Shown one piece after another: positions 24,793-36,338 of a DNA stretch of 64,000 nt. Position 1 is the first letter of the stretch. Every line of letters begins with the position of its first letter. Under the pieces are notes generated by a model, which did not search any database, was not told the DNA's origin, and saw only the letters and a list, made by a program, of their open reading frames with translations. Origin of the DNA: Callorhinchus milii (lineage: Eukaryota); NCBI RefSeq assembly GCF_018977255.1, contig NW_024704742.1, positions 31,870,001 through 31,934,000 of the forward strand, read 5' to 3'. Both the position numbers and the translations under genes were made by a program.

Positions 24793-26263
24793 TATGAGTT
24801 CTAAGCTCTGATGTGGCGCTTGCGCCCACAATCTTGAGAATCAGAATCTAGAGTGGTAACAACTGAGCCAGGCTGAACACAATATGGCCAAGGACATATT
24901 CTATTCGAAACACATGTAACTGGGTTCCAAATGAAAATAGTTGTTTTACTTTTGGGCTCTTGTGTTGCCATACCAGTTGAGATATTTTTCAAATTTCTTC
25001 ACACAAATATGTATATCTTTTCAAAGTTATTTTAAAGAGATATTTTCTACGATAGGATGACAGTGCTTGCATCTGTGGGCATATTTTATTCAGGATTCAT
25101 GAATACATTAATTTAAATAAATAATCCTTACATATGGTATATTTTCAGGAAGATGTTCCAAAGCACATCGTAGGATATACTGTCTGTGTGCTTTGTGGGT
25201 GATTGTAGCAGCCAATTTGTGCGCAGCAAAATCCCGCAAATATGGACGTAAATCCTTTTAGAATCAACTGGCATGAACCAGTGATTTCAAAGTACATAGA
25301 GTTTCCCACGCATCTAAAAGATGAGAGTTTCATAATTAACCTTTCAGAGCATTCAATGCAGGTATATAATACTCATTGGTTCTTTATCATTTAGACCATC
25401 TGCTTTTGAAGAGACAGATGTATCTAATATGTGCAAACTGGAACAAAATTTACATTTCGTTTTAATTTAACAAATCCCAGTTCTAATCGAGACAGACCTG
25501 AATGTATTGTCACGATCTCATACACATATGGAACATATCTGAACTTTTTTTATATGGGAAATTGAGATCATAAAAAAGGAAAAAAAAATTCCAGTTGACT
25601 ATGTGACGGGGTCATGACTTGGGGCCTCTTCTGCTTCCATTCTAATTCAATAGGGACCAAATAATTCTTTATTATAGTCTGTATCTCAAGGGAATCAAGA
25701 GCGTTATCCCTTCAGCTTGTGAAACAAAATAATAGGACCTCTACTCCAACAGGGCCTCCATCCTTTAAAAATATGGGCACCATTTGTAAAGAATTCTGTT
25801 CTATATAATCTATAGTCAGACTTGGCTTGCAAACACACAAATACAAAATGTAAAAGGGCCTTCGACATGTTCGGTGGATATGGAGAAAAGCCAGGCGAGC
25901 CTTTAATCAAAAGTCCATTTGCATAATGATGTCTTTGCAGTTCAATGATACATTCCAACAGAAATAAAGACACCAAAATCCTCAAATTCTTTATGTTCTC
26001 AACCTTTGCAATGGTTACCTTTAAATGTAAGATTTTACTGAATTTGGGAAAACTCTTCAATTCAGTCTTAATTTTGAAATTGTTTTTCTAAAATGAAGAA
26101 CTATGGAAAAACAGATTTAGAGTAACATTGGTTTTAAGGCAAACACCACAAAAAAATTTCGGCCTCCTGCTGTATGTTCAGTAAATAAATACTTTTCCTT
26201 TACTGTGCCCAGTGAGTGGGTTTATCTTTTGAAATGAGTGTTAAATCATACAAGAGAAAGGTT

Positions 26264-26597
26264 AGTCCTGTAGTGTATTGGTTAGTGTACTCGCCTCACA
26301 AGAGAGAGGATCTGTCAGGGTGAAAATTTAGGCAAGTTTCGTTACTCCACATGCCTCTGTTAGTAAGTAGGAATCCAGTTGTTAGTCGATTGGGGAATCG
26401 CTTTCCAGGGGATAATAATTCCTTCAAAAAAATAATAATAATGATTTGGTCACGACTGTCTGTGGGATATTGATGTACAATTGGCTGCTGTGTATTGTCC
26501 ACAAAATATACAGTCAATTCATTTTACAGTATATTCTGTGAAGCGCTTTACGATGTCTCAACAATGTGATAAGCCGCTATATCAAATGCAAGGATTA

Positions 26598-26630
<33 letters not shown>
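26264..26630 (+). mobile_element. SINE, long form, just upstream of exon 3
   Basis: Family head, core and (ATT)n tail. Confidence 0.88.
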
Positions 26631-26632
<2 letters not shown>

Positions 26633-26712
26633 AATTTGTCTTAATTGCTCTGTTGGTTTGACTGTCTGTATGAATGTAACTCATTTTTAACTGAGAGAAT
26701 CCCTTTCTCCAG

Positions 26713-26862
26713 GTATCTGCATACAGCTTCTTGAAGGCACCAATCACAGAGCCACCACTGGGGACATTCAAGAACACAGCAAGAAAAGAACCCACCATGG
26801 GACCAAGGGCACATATTGGCAGAACGTGGGCAACACACAAACCAAACCGTCACGGGAGAAAG
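26713..26862 (+). CDS. dkk2: Dickkopf-related protein 2, coding exon 3 (end of CRD1 plus linker)
   Basis: Acceptor ccctttctccag. Reads (G)ICIQLLEGTNHRATTGDIQEHSKKRTHHGTKGTYWQNVGNTQTKPSREK(G); GICI and WQNxG match DKK2. 150 nt, phase 1/1, donor AAG|gttagt. Confidence 0.92.
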
Positions 26863-26869
26863 GTTAGTC

Positions 26870-27230
26870 ATAAGCCTGGTTCAAATAGTGACACTCCCAT
26901 GCATTGCTGGGGTTGTGTTGCATTGTCAGAGGTGTTGTCCTTTGGATGAGATGTTAAACCAAGTTCCTGTCCGCCTTTCCAGGTGGATGTTAAAGCTCCC
27001 TTGACATTATTCAAAAGAGAAGACTTTCTCCCAGTGTCCTGGCCAACAATCCCCAAAGTAAAATTGGACGTTTCTTTCATGGCTGCTTATAAGACGTTGA
27101 TTGCTGTGCACACTCAGGCTGCCATAATCAACCCACAAGTTAACAATCACTTCGCAGTAAATTCTGCGAAGCACTGTGGGACGTCCTCCCAACGTGAAAG
27201 GCACTATACTAAGTGCAAAGATTATTATTA
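26870..27230 (+). mobile_element. SacSINE1/DeuSINE-like element
   Basis: TGACACTCCC...GGATGAGATGTTAAACC...CAGGTGGATGTTAAAG...GTGTCCTGGCCAA with an L2-like tail. Confidence 0.75.
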
Positions 27231-27475
27231 AATTTGTTTGAAAGCTAAGGATCAGCTGTGAAACAATGTTTATATAAAAAACATGACTGTCCAACAATTT
27301 AGCAATGAAGAACAAGAAAACCTGAGAATTTCATACCCTTTAGTCATGTAGGGATTGTTTGGATCTGGGGGAAAACCATAGGTTGTAATGAACTATTGTG
27401 CCATAACCAGATGGAGCTGCAATAGTTAATAGGTTTATATATTTTGAGCAACACTTTCTAAGTTGTATTTTCTGT

Positions 27476-28262
27476 CACTGTGTTTCACATCGATAGGACG
27501 TCCCAAGTCGTTGGACAGTCAGGGGTTTGCACCTGAACTGGGGATTGGAATCAAGAGGGGTTGAGGGCAAGGGGATGTGATGGGAGGATGACTGAAGGCA
27601 CAGGTCAAAGAAGAAGGTCTTGAGATGAGCTTTGAAGGAAGTAAGGGGCAAGGCGAATAGACTCCAGAATGGAGTTCTAAAGGGTGAGGGCAGAAAGGCT
27701 GAAGGTCTGACCTCTGATGGTGGGAGGAGAGGGTATGTGTCATGGAACAGGTCAGTGTCTGTCAAGAGGAGGAAACATGCAGTTTGGTGAGGTTTTAGCA
27801 GGTCGCAGAGGTAGCAAGGGGTAAGGCTGTGGGTGGCTTTAAAAGTGAGGATAAGGCTCTTAAACTCAATAGGAGGTGGACAATGTTGGGGAGGTGGGGT
27901 AAAGCTGAACTGGTCAAGGTATAGGTATAAAGGACAGTTGAGGGTCGAACAAGACACCAAGGTTCCATACTAGCTCAGTGAGGTGGAGAGTGCATCCATT
28001 AATATTGATGCTGTCAACATCCGAGTTGTGGAGGTGTTGGTGGGAGTCAACCAGGAGAATCTCGGTCATGTCAACATTCAACTGGAGAACGTTGGCTTTC
28101 ATCCAGGATTTGATGCCTGGCAAGCAATCCATCTGGACAGAAGTGGTCCTGGAATAGAGGGCGGAGGGCAAGAGAGAGAGTTGGGTGTCATCCACATACA
28201 TGTGAAAGTTAACCCCATGCGTTCAGATGATATCACCGAGTGGGAGCATGTAAATATTAAAG
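27476..28262 (-). mobile_element. L2 LINE RT remnant
   Basis: MYVDDTQL...IKSWMKANVLQLN...NLGVLFDPQLSF...IEFKSLILTFKA on the - strand. Confidence 0.93.
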
Positions 28263-28479
28263 AGTTCAGTCTTTTCTTGATCAAACTCATAATCCACTTT
28301 TGACAGATTTAAGAGTAATCTGTCCAATAATTACTGACCCTATTTATAAACACACTCTGGCCCATTGCTGGCAACTGCAAATGGTTACCGTTACTACCAT
28401 CAGCACTGGCAACAGAGTTTCTGATTTTTTCGATATCCAAGAGCAATTATTACTAAAGAGCACTGTTCTTCCTCCCACC

Positions 28480-28835
28480 TGAATCCATCTCGTCTGACGT
28501 ACTTATTGGCGACTATTCTGCTGATTGGGAAGAGTCCCTGTCCCCAGTGACTGGTCTGCCCTCCCAAGCCGTGCTGATGAGCCAGGCTGGCTGTTATTTC
28601 AATCAATTCCCTCGATGTCTTCTCTTGGGCCGTGAAGAACCATGATTCCGCACTTGGGAGCACCCACCACATGTCCCACTGATTGGTCCAGTCTTCATGA
28701 TGGTGGGTGCAGTGCAGAAGGTCCCCAGATGAGTCTGCCAGCAGCACAACATCACCCTCAAACAGAAGTGCCGCAATCCTGTCAGAGAGGCCTGGAACAC
28801 ATACACCAGGTCCTTCCTCCTCGATGCCATCCATG
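28480..28835 (-). mobile_element. Degenerate non-LTR retrotransposon RT fragment, distinct from the local L2/CR1
   Basis: GVCVPGLSDRIAALLFEGDVVLLADSSGDL...WTNQWDM, then after a frameshift GAPKCGIMV. FEGD (28751-28762) is read as a decayed FADD. Confidence 0.75.
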
Positions 28836-29741
28836 GTGCGAGCACTGATAGAATTGTGAAAACTGTAGCGATGAAGAATTATTCGTGTTTCAAACGGAAA
28901 CATTAAAAAAAAATGATTTAACATAAGAAAGGAGCCTGCCAGTTGTTAGCTCGAGGGATTCAATGTGTAATCAGTTGCTGCACAACGCAAGACTCATATA
29001 GCAGTCGATCACACCGTCAGGCGAACTGATTCTTCCCAGGAGGAGAATCGTAAAACACATTTACTTGCTGCCAGATGTCAACGTGAGCGCAAGCAAGTGG
29101 GATTTTAAAGGGACAGAGACCTATACTGAAGGACTTTCCCTTTAATGCTGGAGAGCATCTATCATCCCTTGGAATTGTAACACAGTAAAAGTCAGCAACA
29201 GCCAGGAGAGGAGGGCGGGGGGATGGATGTGGGTGGGGGGGGCGCTGGAGGTAGGGAAGGTGTAGTGGAGTGGGAGGGGAGAAAGTAGCAAAATAAAAAT
29301 CTCCTGACTGTTAAGAGAAATCCTTAATTACACTGACACTCATCATCTTTGTTCGCCCCCCACTTGAGGCAACACTATGCCATTTCCTGTGATTAATATA
29401 TTTAGCAAAAATTCCTTAATTAGCAATCCCATTAGCATTCCCTTTAACCAGCAGGAACCCCAGTCCAGGAATATCAATCGGAGCAAAGCTCTCGACTTTG
29501 CATGTCATACGTCAGTTACCAGAAGAAGAGCCTATTTCCCTGAATCAGATTTCTTGTTAAGGAATTCTGTTAAGTAAGAGATCCCGCCTTCCCCCGACCC
29601 CCACACTCTTCCCCACCCCCAAAGTGGAGGCAATGAGACACAATCAGATGACATTATTTATTGGGTCACACATTGACAGAACTGGGATCAATATTTCTAC
29701 TATTCCACAAAATATACAGTCAATTCACTTAATCTGTGAAG

Positions 29742-30263
29742 CAGATAATCCAGAACTCTGCAGCCCGTGTCCTCTCCCTCACCAAACTCCGTGACCCCAT
29801 CTCCCCCATTCTCGCCCGACTCCATTGGCTCCCTATCCTTCAGAGGATCCAGTTCAAGATCCTGGTCCTCACATACAAAGCCCTCCATGGCTTCGCCCCA
29901 CCCTACCTCTGCGACCTCCTAACCCCCTACAAACCCGCCCATTCCCTCCGCTCAGCCGGCTCTGGCCTGCTCCATGTCCCCCGACCCACCCGCCCCACCA
30001 TTGGCAGAAGAGCCTTCAGCCACTCTGCTCCCAACCTCTGGAATTCCATTCCCCAATCACTCCACTTCGCCCCTCCTTAGCCTCCTTCAAGTTCCACCTC
30101 AGGACCCTCCTCTTCGACCATGCCATCGGACACCCCCCTTCCCCTCCCCTCCCTTCTCCCTCCCCTGACCCCAGCTTGGGTCTGAAATGCTGTACTCTGT
30201 CCAGCGCCTTGGGACGTCCTCCCGACGTAAAAGGCGCTATACAAATGTAATCTTGTTGTTGTT
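29742..30263 (+). mobile_element. Young L2 3' end inserted within a SINE tail
   Basis: Open frame QIIQNSAARVL...PILARLHWLPILQRIQFKILVLTYKALHG.APPYL...RAFSHSAPNLWNSIP and a (TTG)n tail. SINE tail halves lie on both sides (about 29704-29741 and 30264-30311). Confidence 0.93.
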
Positions 30264-30592
30264 GAAGACCTGATAAGGCGCTATCTCAAATGCAAGGATT
30301 ATTATTATTATAAGTCATACCTCCAGCTCCGCCCCACTTCCCATCGCTCTCTGAGCAGCCTCATTCTGGAGAATGACGGGAAGAGAGGCTTGTTTTACTT
30401 GGCCTATTGTTTAATCCGGCTCTGGTTCCTGGGATCAACATCCCTACTATAAACTGACCCAGAGTACACCATCATTTCTGATCCAAAAAGGGAAATGCTT
30501 CCCTTTTAAACTATCGTTGTGGTGGGAGTTGATACACAGTGGCTTTGTGTGTTTCCTTGATCTATTTAATAAGCACATGTTTCAATTCGCAG

Positions 30593-30831
30593 GTCATGAA
30601 GGAGACTCTTGCTTGCGCTCCTCAGACTGTGCGGAAGGATTCTGCTGTGCCCGCCACTTCTGGACCAAGATCTGCAAACCAGTTCTTCGTCAAGGGGAAG
30701 TCTGTACCAAACAGAGGAGGAAGGGTTCCCATGGCTTGGAGCTCTTTCAGCGCTGTGACTGTGCAAAAGGACTTTCCTGTAAAATCTGGAAAGAGGCAAA
30801 ATCAAGACTCCACATCTGCCAAAAGGTCTGA
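30593..30831 (+). CDS. dkk2: Dickkopf-related protein 2, coding exon 4 (colipase-fold CRD2) to stop
   Basis: Acceptor ttcaattcgcag. Reads (G)HEGDSCLRSSDCAEGFCCARHFWTKICKPVLRQGEVCTKQRRKGSHGLELFQRCDCAKGLSCKIWKEAKSRLHICQKV*. The HFWTKICKPVL and CAKGLSCK motifs are DKK2-type. The four exons join in frame to 247 aa. Confidence 0.98.
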
Positions 30832-31002
30832 GGAGCACCGGGCATTCCACTGCAGGCGAAAGACTGTGAAATAAGGTGCATCGTGTATGAACACACTGTG
30901 TAAATAATATATCTGTAAAAGTGCCATTTCTTCACAAGAATTCATTCACGCTTAATATGAAGGTGCACAGAGGTTAGAGCCTCAAGATCGACGCATCTAT
31001 AA

Positions 31003-31172
31003 ATAATAATTTGGTCACACAATCCACGACTGTTTGCAGGACACTGTTGGGTGAAATTGGCTGCCACGTTTCGCTCATAAAATTCACTTTACAGCATATT
31101 CTGTGGAGCGCTTTGAGCTTCGAAGACGTGATAAGGCGCTATATCAAATGCAAGGATTATTATTATATTATT
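31003..31172 (+). mobile_element. SINE 3' portion in the dkk2 3'UTR
   Basis: Family body and tail about 170 nt after the stop codon. Confidence 0.85.
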
Positions 31173-34100
31173 ATCTCCACTCTGGTCATTATGAAAAAGG
31201 TTAGAGCTTCCTTCTCGATCGAAGGTGGTGTCTAACTTTGGGGGAGAGAGGGGAGAGGGTGGGATTTGTTCAGTTGTAAAGTTGTTCAGTAATTTTTCCT
31301 CCACTGTTACATTGGGAATGTAAATTTGCATTGCTGAAATATAGCCGCACGTGATTTCAAAAACGAATCCCCATAGAAGCATCCTAACCTTTGGTTTGTG
31401 TCACAGGGTATTTTTGCAAAGTGATGCAGAGAGGGTCAGTTCTCAGCAGGCAATAGGCAACATCAGCAGCACAAACGAGGACCCGTTTCAGCAGAGCATG
31501 GCTCTGTGCAAACAGTGTTCAATATTACACACACAGCGAGCAACCAGTGTGTGGGAGTGACGTTGATGTAAGATGGTACCATGAATCCCCTTTCAATGAA
31601 CTTTGCGTTTACATCTGTTGAAAGATCCCTGCTGGGTGTCATTTACTGCTCAGTGCTATTCTGGAGCATATACAGGACTGTAATATTTAGCTCACACCCC
31701 AGTGAGTAAATAAGATAAAGTTAGACAAAGACTCAAATTAACTAGGAAACATCTGAATAAAAGGTGATTGATTGGAAGGCTCTAATGAAGTAAGTAAGAA
31801 TATGTGCACAGAGGTACAGGAGGTTGTAAATAAAGACAAGCAGCTTGGCTAATAGAGGTCAGACTTATTGAGCAAACTGCTGTCTTCAATTACAAACCTG
31901 CTGTGCAAACACAGGTTCATTATTCAATTCAATATACTTAAATATAAGTATTAGGAGGCTTGATTCCCAAATAAATGACTCGATTTATATCAATTAGAAT
32001 GTCTCTCCGTGCAGAAGTGGAGTGAGCGATGTAAAATGGTAGCTGTATCAATGCTGCGCAGAAATCTGGTGTTTACTTTTTTCTAAATATAACAGGATGT
32101 GAAAATGTAATGAATCACAGTGTTGCTGACAGACTCAAGAAGGGTCCTACTCAATGCAGCTGTGTTGACCTGGCTCAGTCAACACACGGGTGTCAGCAGT
32201 GTGCCACGAATGGCCAGCAATTGAAAGTTGAGGAAAATTGTGGACATGGCTGGAGATGTGTTGAAGTCTAATTCATTTCACTGATAACAGCTTGGTCCGT
32301 TTGATGATCCTCAGACTCAGCTTAATGATAGTGTGGTTATATCTAGGATTCAACAACAGGCAATGAAGGGATAGGAGGCGGCATAGTTGGTATATTATGG
32401 ATAACCGGAATGCAAACATGTCCCCCCCACTCCCCCCCAATCCTTAAGGTGTGACTGATGGAGTTCACGGGTGTGAGAAAGTGCCAGCGTGGCTTGTCAA
32501 TGCTTTGCTTGGCTTCAGTGGGCAACAAGCTCAGATGGTACATGAAATGCAACTGTTATAACGCTTCTAGGTCCAGAAACTAAGTAAGACGTCAGGAAGC
32601 CAGATTGCAAAAAGGGGAGCAGGCAGGAAACAATTTGCAGACAATGACATGAAAGTAACAAACAAACCCCATCTTCTTTTAATTCGATTTGAGCATCAAA
32701 GGAAACAGAAACAAACATGGACTGGACGATCAAAGGAGAGAGGCAGAGTTGAAGACCACAAAGCTTGTTAGTGGTGACTAAATATTTTACGTGTAAATTT
32801 GTACAGGATTTTATGTACAGTGATGAAAGCCAAAACAGGGGAATGTTTTGAACAGGCCAGTTCATTTTTTTTTAGCAGCGGATGCTTGAAATATATGCTT
32901 TCTGGGAGTGTCAATACATAGAGCATGGGTTAAGAAAATATAAAAAGTGTTCTTTACTAAACTCAATTTATACTGTATTTTCAATAGACAATCACCAAAA
33001 GGGATTGAAGCATCTGTAAGGTTAAGTGTGCGTTTTATGTGAGCAACAAACATTGGCACAGAAGTGATGTAAATTTAAGACCCGTTTCATCTGCATTTAC
33101 CCCTTTCATACGAGAACATTGAGAATGAAAAGAGTAAATAGTTAAATAGATTCAGCCATCCAGAGAATAATGGATAAGCTTGAGAATAGAACAAAACGAC
33201 AATAGCTTGTAAACACGTGCCTTTGTGCGGAGCAGTGTTTTGGAAACTGATCAATAACATAGTTTGATGCTGAGCTGGGGAGAAAAGGGAGGTGATCTCA
33301 GGTACGGTTGAAGAAGAAAGTCCTGTCCTGAAGACACGTGAAGTGGGGGCAAGGCGGACAAATTGAGTCAGAGTTCCAGAGATTTAGGACGTAATGGCTG
33401 AAGAATGAGGGAGCGAAGGGGTCAAGGGACATCAGAAGGCCCGAGTTGGCTGAACGAAGAGGCCGGGTAGAGGAATGGGTTGTGTGCAGGTTGGAGAGCA
33501 AGTGAGGTGTCATGGTAAGTGAGTGAGTTTGAGTATCTGGAAATCAATCCATTCAGGTGATCTCATGGACAGTGTGAGGCTTTCATTTGTGTTTTTTTCC
33601 ACCTGAACCTGGAAATTTTCATTGTTGGCACTCCTCACCTACGCTTTTTAATAACACCTATTTGGAGCAGGGTTATTTCTTACACTGATGATACCACCAT
33701 GGTAAGTGCACAGGGCAAGGGCCGAGAGCCCAGTTGACTCTGTGTTGGGTGCTTTGACTCACCTCTTGAGCTTCATTCAAACACCTATCTCGCTGAAACA
33801 AGGCCCCACACATGACCATCATGGTTGGGCTAGCACTATCCAAACCATACAAGTGCGTGTATGCCCAACAGAGGGCAAGTTAAAGGAATTTAATGAAGGG
33901 CAGCAATCATAATGAAATATATTTATGACAGAACTTTGAAGAAGGAAAAAAACACCTACAAAAGAGAATGCTCCGAATAGACAAGACTTTCTCTGGACTT
34001 TACTGCTGTATAAAGTGCAGTGGATGTGAAGATGTAACCTGCTCTGTATGAGACCTGGAGAGTAACAGATGGCTAGGATGAGTTACAGCATATACGTGGC

Positions 34101-34833
34101 ATGATTGGGTGGTGGGTCTTGATGTGTACATGAGCTGCAGCCATGAGAAGGTACATCATAAGTCACAAAGGGCCTCCTTAGTCACTTTTGTTGCATAATG
34201 TGAGCAAGATGAAGGTCTTTTCCCTTTTAGTACCGTGCGGCAGGTGAGCTGATGTATGAATAAGGGCAATTTCAGTAATGAGCACAACGCGACTCATGCA
34301 ACAAGAATCTGATACCCAGAGGTGCCTAAATACAAGACTATATTCTGCACATTCTGACATACCACTGTGCAGTTTACAGGAGTTAAATTTTCAGTATAAA
34401 AGTGGGGATAAAGTAACCCTGGTTTGTGTTATTTACTGATAATGTTCAGCTCTTTATCCAGTTTTCTATGTACTCACAATCAAAGCTGGATGACAAGCCA
34501 AGTTGAAAACTACTATTGCTTGTCTTTTTTTAAAAATACTTAAGGTAGCCATTATATCTAATCTTATCCAGAAAATATTCTTATAGAGGTTTGCACTTAT
34601 TTTCTAAGGCGGTGGTAACAGGTCTCAGAAAACTGAGAACAAATCCCCCAACACTAGTTTCTAGTTACTGAATCTCTGATTCATGTCAAAGATAGTAAAG
34701 GATCCAAGTGATTCCATGTTACCGGATTATTGTGAAATCTTTACTGGCATCTCCGTCTTGTTTTTAGAGCTGTTAATATTATTAAATTCGAATCAGTTAT
34801 TTTCAGTAGTTATGTTACAAAGTTCCCAAGATG

Positions 34834-34839
34834 AATAAA
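34834..34839 (+). terminator. Candidate distal polyadenylation signal of dkk2
   Basis: AATAAA followed by U/GU-rich sequence. More proximal AATAAA hexamers at 31756, 31829 and 31970 are equally possible. Confidence 0.3.
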
Positions 34840-35089
34840 GTTGTTTTTATTTTGTAAAGTATTGCATTTTCTGTATTCAGAATGATTTATTTTACATAGG
34901 ACCATATGTCACCTTTTTACATATACAGTATAAAAAAATAAGTCAAGCTTGTTCATTAAATTATCTCAGATTTAAGCAGCGTGTATGTTTTAAAACTTCT
35001 TCTGATTGTATAAACCGTTCCTATGTTTTTGTTAGGAAAAAGGAGAGCTTTCTTTTAAAATAGAACCTTCTCTGTAGCTACCCTGTAGC

Positions 35090-35958
35090 TACCTGGACTA
35101 GCTTAGTGAGTAAAGACACCAAACTGAGCTGAGGGAAAATCCCAGGTTAGATTCTCCAGATATAATCTCCAGATAAAATTGGTCATTCTCTTCGTGACTC
35201 TTTGTGGGAGTTTTATGTGGACAAATTGAGCTTCCGCCAGTTACTAAACTTGACAGCAATTACTGAGGTCTGTACTGAGTTAGCTGATCTCAGTATGCTG
35301 TAGCGGCACTTAAAATTGGCCTGATCAACCATGGCCTAAGGAGAAGGAAAATTATCTGGGGTTCCAGCTACTAATTTATATTCAGTGACTTCTGCTGCAA
35401 ATAGTATTTATGTGAATGACAAATTGTATAAACTTAGTCTGTATTCCCTTGAGTTTCGAAGGTTGAGGGATGATCTAATTGAGGTGTTTAACATGATAAA
35501 GGGATTCGATAGGGTAGCTACAGAGAAACAATTTCCTCAGTGGGAGAATCCCGAACAAGGGAAGTTTCATCTTAAAATTAGTGCTTGGCCATGTAGGAGT
35601 GAAATCAAAAAGTATTTGTTCACACAACGGGTAGTGGAAATCTGGAATTTTCTCTCCCCAAGAGGCTGTGAAGGCTGGATGAATTGAAATTTTCAATACT
35701 GAGGTCGATAGATTTTTGTTAAGCCAGAGTATCAAGGGAAATGCAGCAAAGGTGGGTAACTGGGGTTGAGATACAGATCAGCCATGTATAATAGAATTGC
35801 GGAACAGGCTTGAGGGGTTGAATGGCCTACTTCTGTTCCTATGTCCCATGAGATGCTCTCCACAGCTGAAGAGGCTGTCAACTTTCAAGAGCATGAAGAA
35901 TGGCCACTTGGGTGAAATATCAGGGAGTAGCATGTGCCCCTGCACCCATACTATCATT
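35090..35958 (+). mobile_element. AmnSINE2-like ancient SINE split by a CR1 3' end
   Basis: GTCTGTACTGAGTTAGCTGATCTCAG...AATTGGCCT (about 35268-35325) and CATGAAGAATGGCCACTTGGG (about 35892-35912). The family name is from my recollection of the consensus. Confidence 0.6.
35420..35845 (+). mobile_element. CR1 LINE 3' end
   Basis: LSLYSLEFRRLRDDLIEVF...FTQRVVEIWN followed by the CR1 3'UTR. Confidence 0.92.
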
Positions 35959-35960
35959 GT

Positions 35961-36338
35961 GGAGTCCTGTAGCTTAGTGGTTAGAGCACTCGCCTCGAAA
36001 GCGAGATTACCTGGGTTGGATTCCCAGTAGGGCAAAATATTGGGCAAGTTTCCTTACTCCACACACCTCAGCTTACCTAGCAGTAAGTAGAAACCCAATT
36101 GTTAATCGATTGGTGGATTGCTTTTCCGGGGATAATAATTCCTTCAAAAAATAATAATAATAATTTGGTCTCTCAATTCACGACTGTTTGTGGGACACTA
36201 TTGTGCGCCATTGGCTGCTGTGTTTCATCCATGAAATACACAGTCAATTCACTTTATGGTGTATTCTGTGAAGTGCTTTGAGATGTCTCAAAGACATGAT
36301 AAAGCACTATATCAAATGCAAGGATGATTATTATTATT
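35961..36338 (+). mobile_element. SINE, long form, full length
   Basis: Runs from the GGAGTCCTGTAGCTTAGTGGTTAGAGCACTCGCC head to (ATT)n. Confidence 0.92.

Noticed and set aside
28572..28600. Hammerhead ribozyme core (CTGATGA followed by a GCCAG/CTGGC stem)
   Set aside because: The required GAAA does not follow the stem. The CTGATGA sites near 3084 and 15051 also lack the full core.
30517..30592. N-terminal extension of the 104-aa ORF as a separate single-exon gene
   Set aside because: It is intronic sequence upstream of the exon-4 acceptor.
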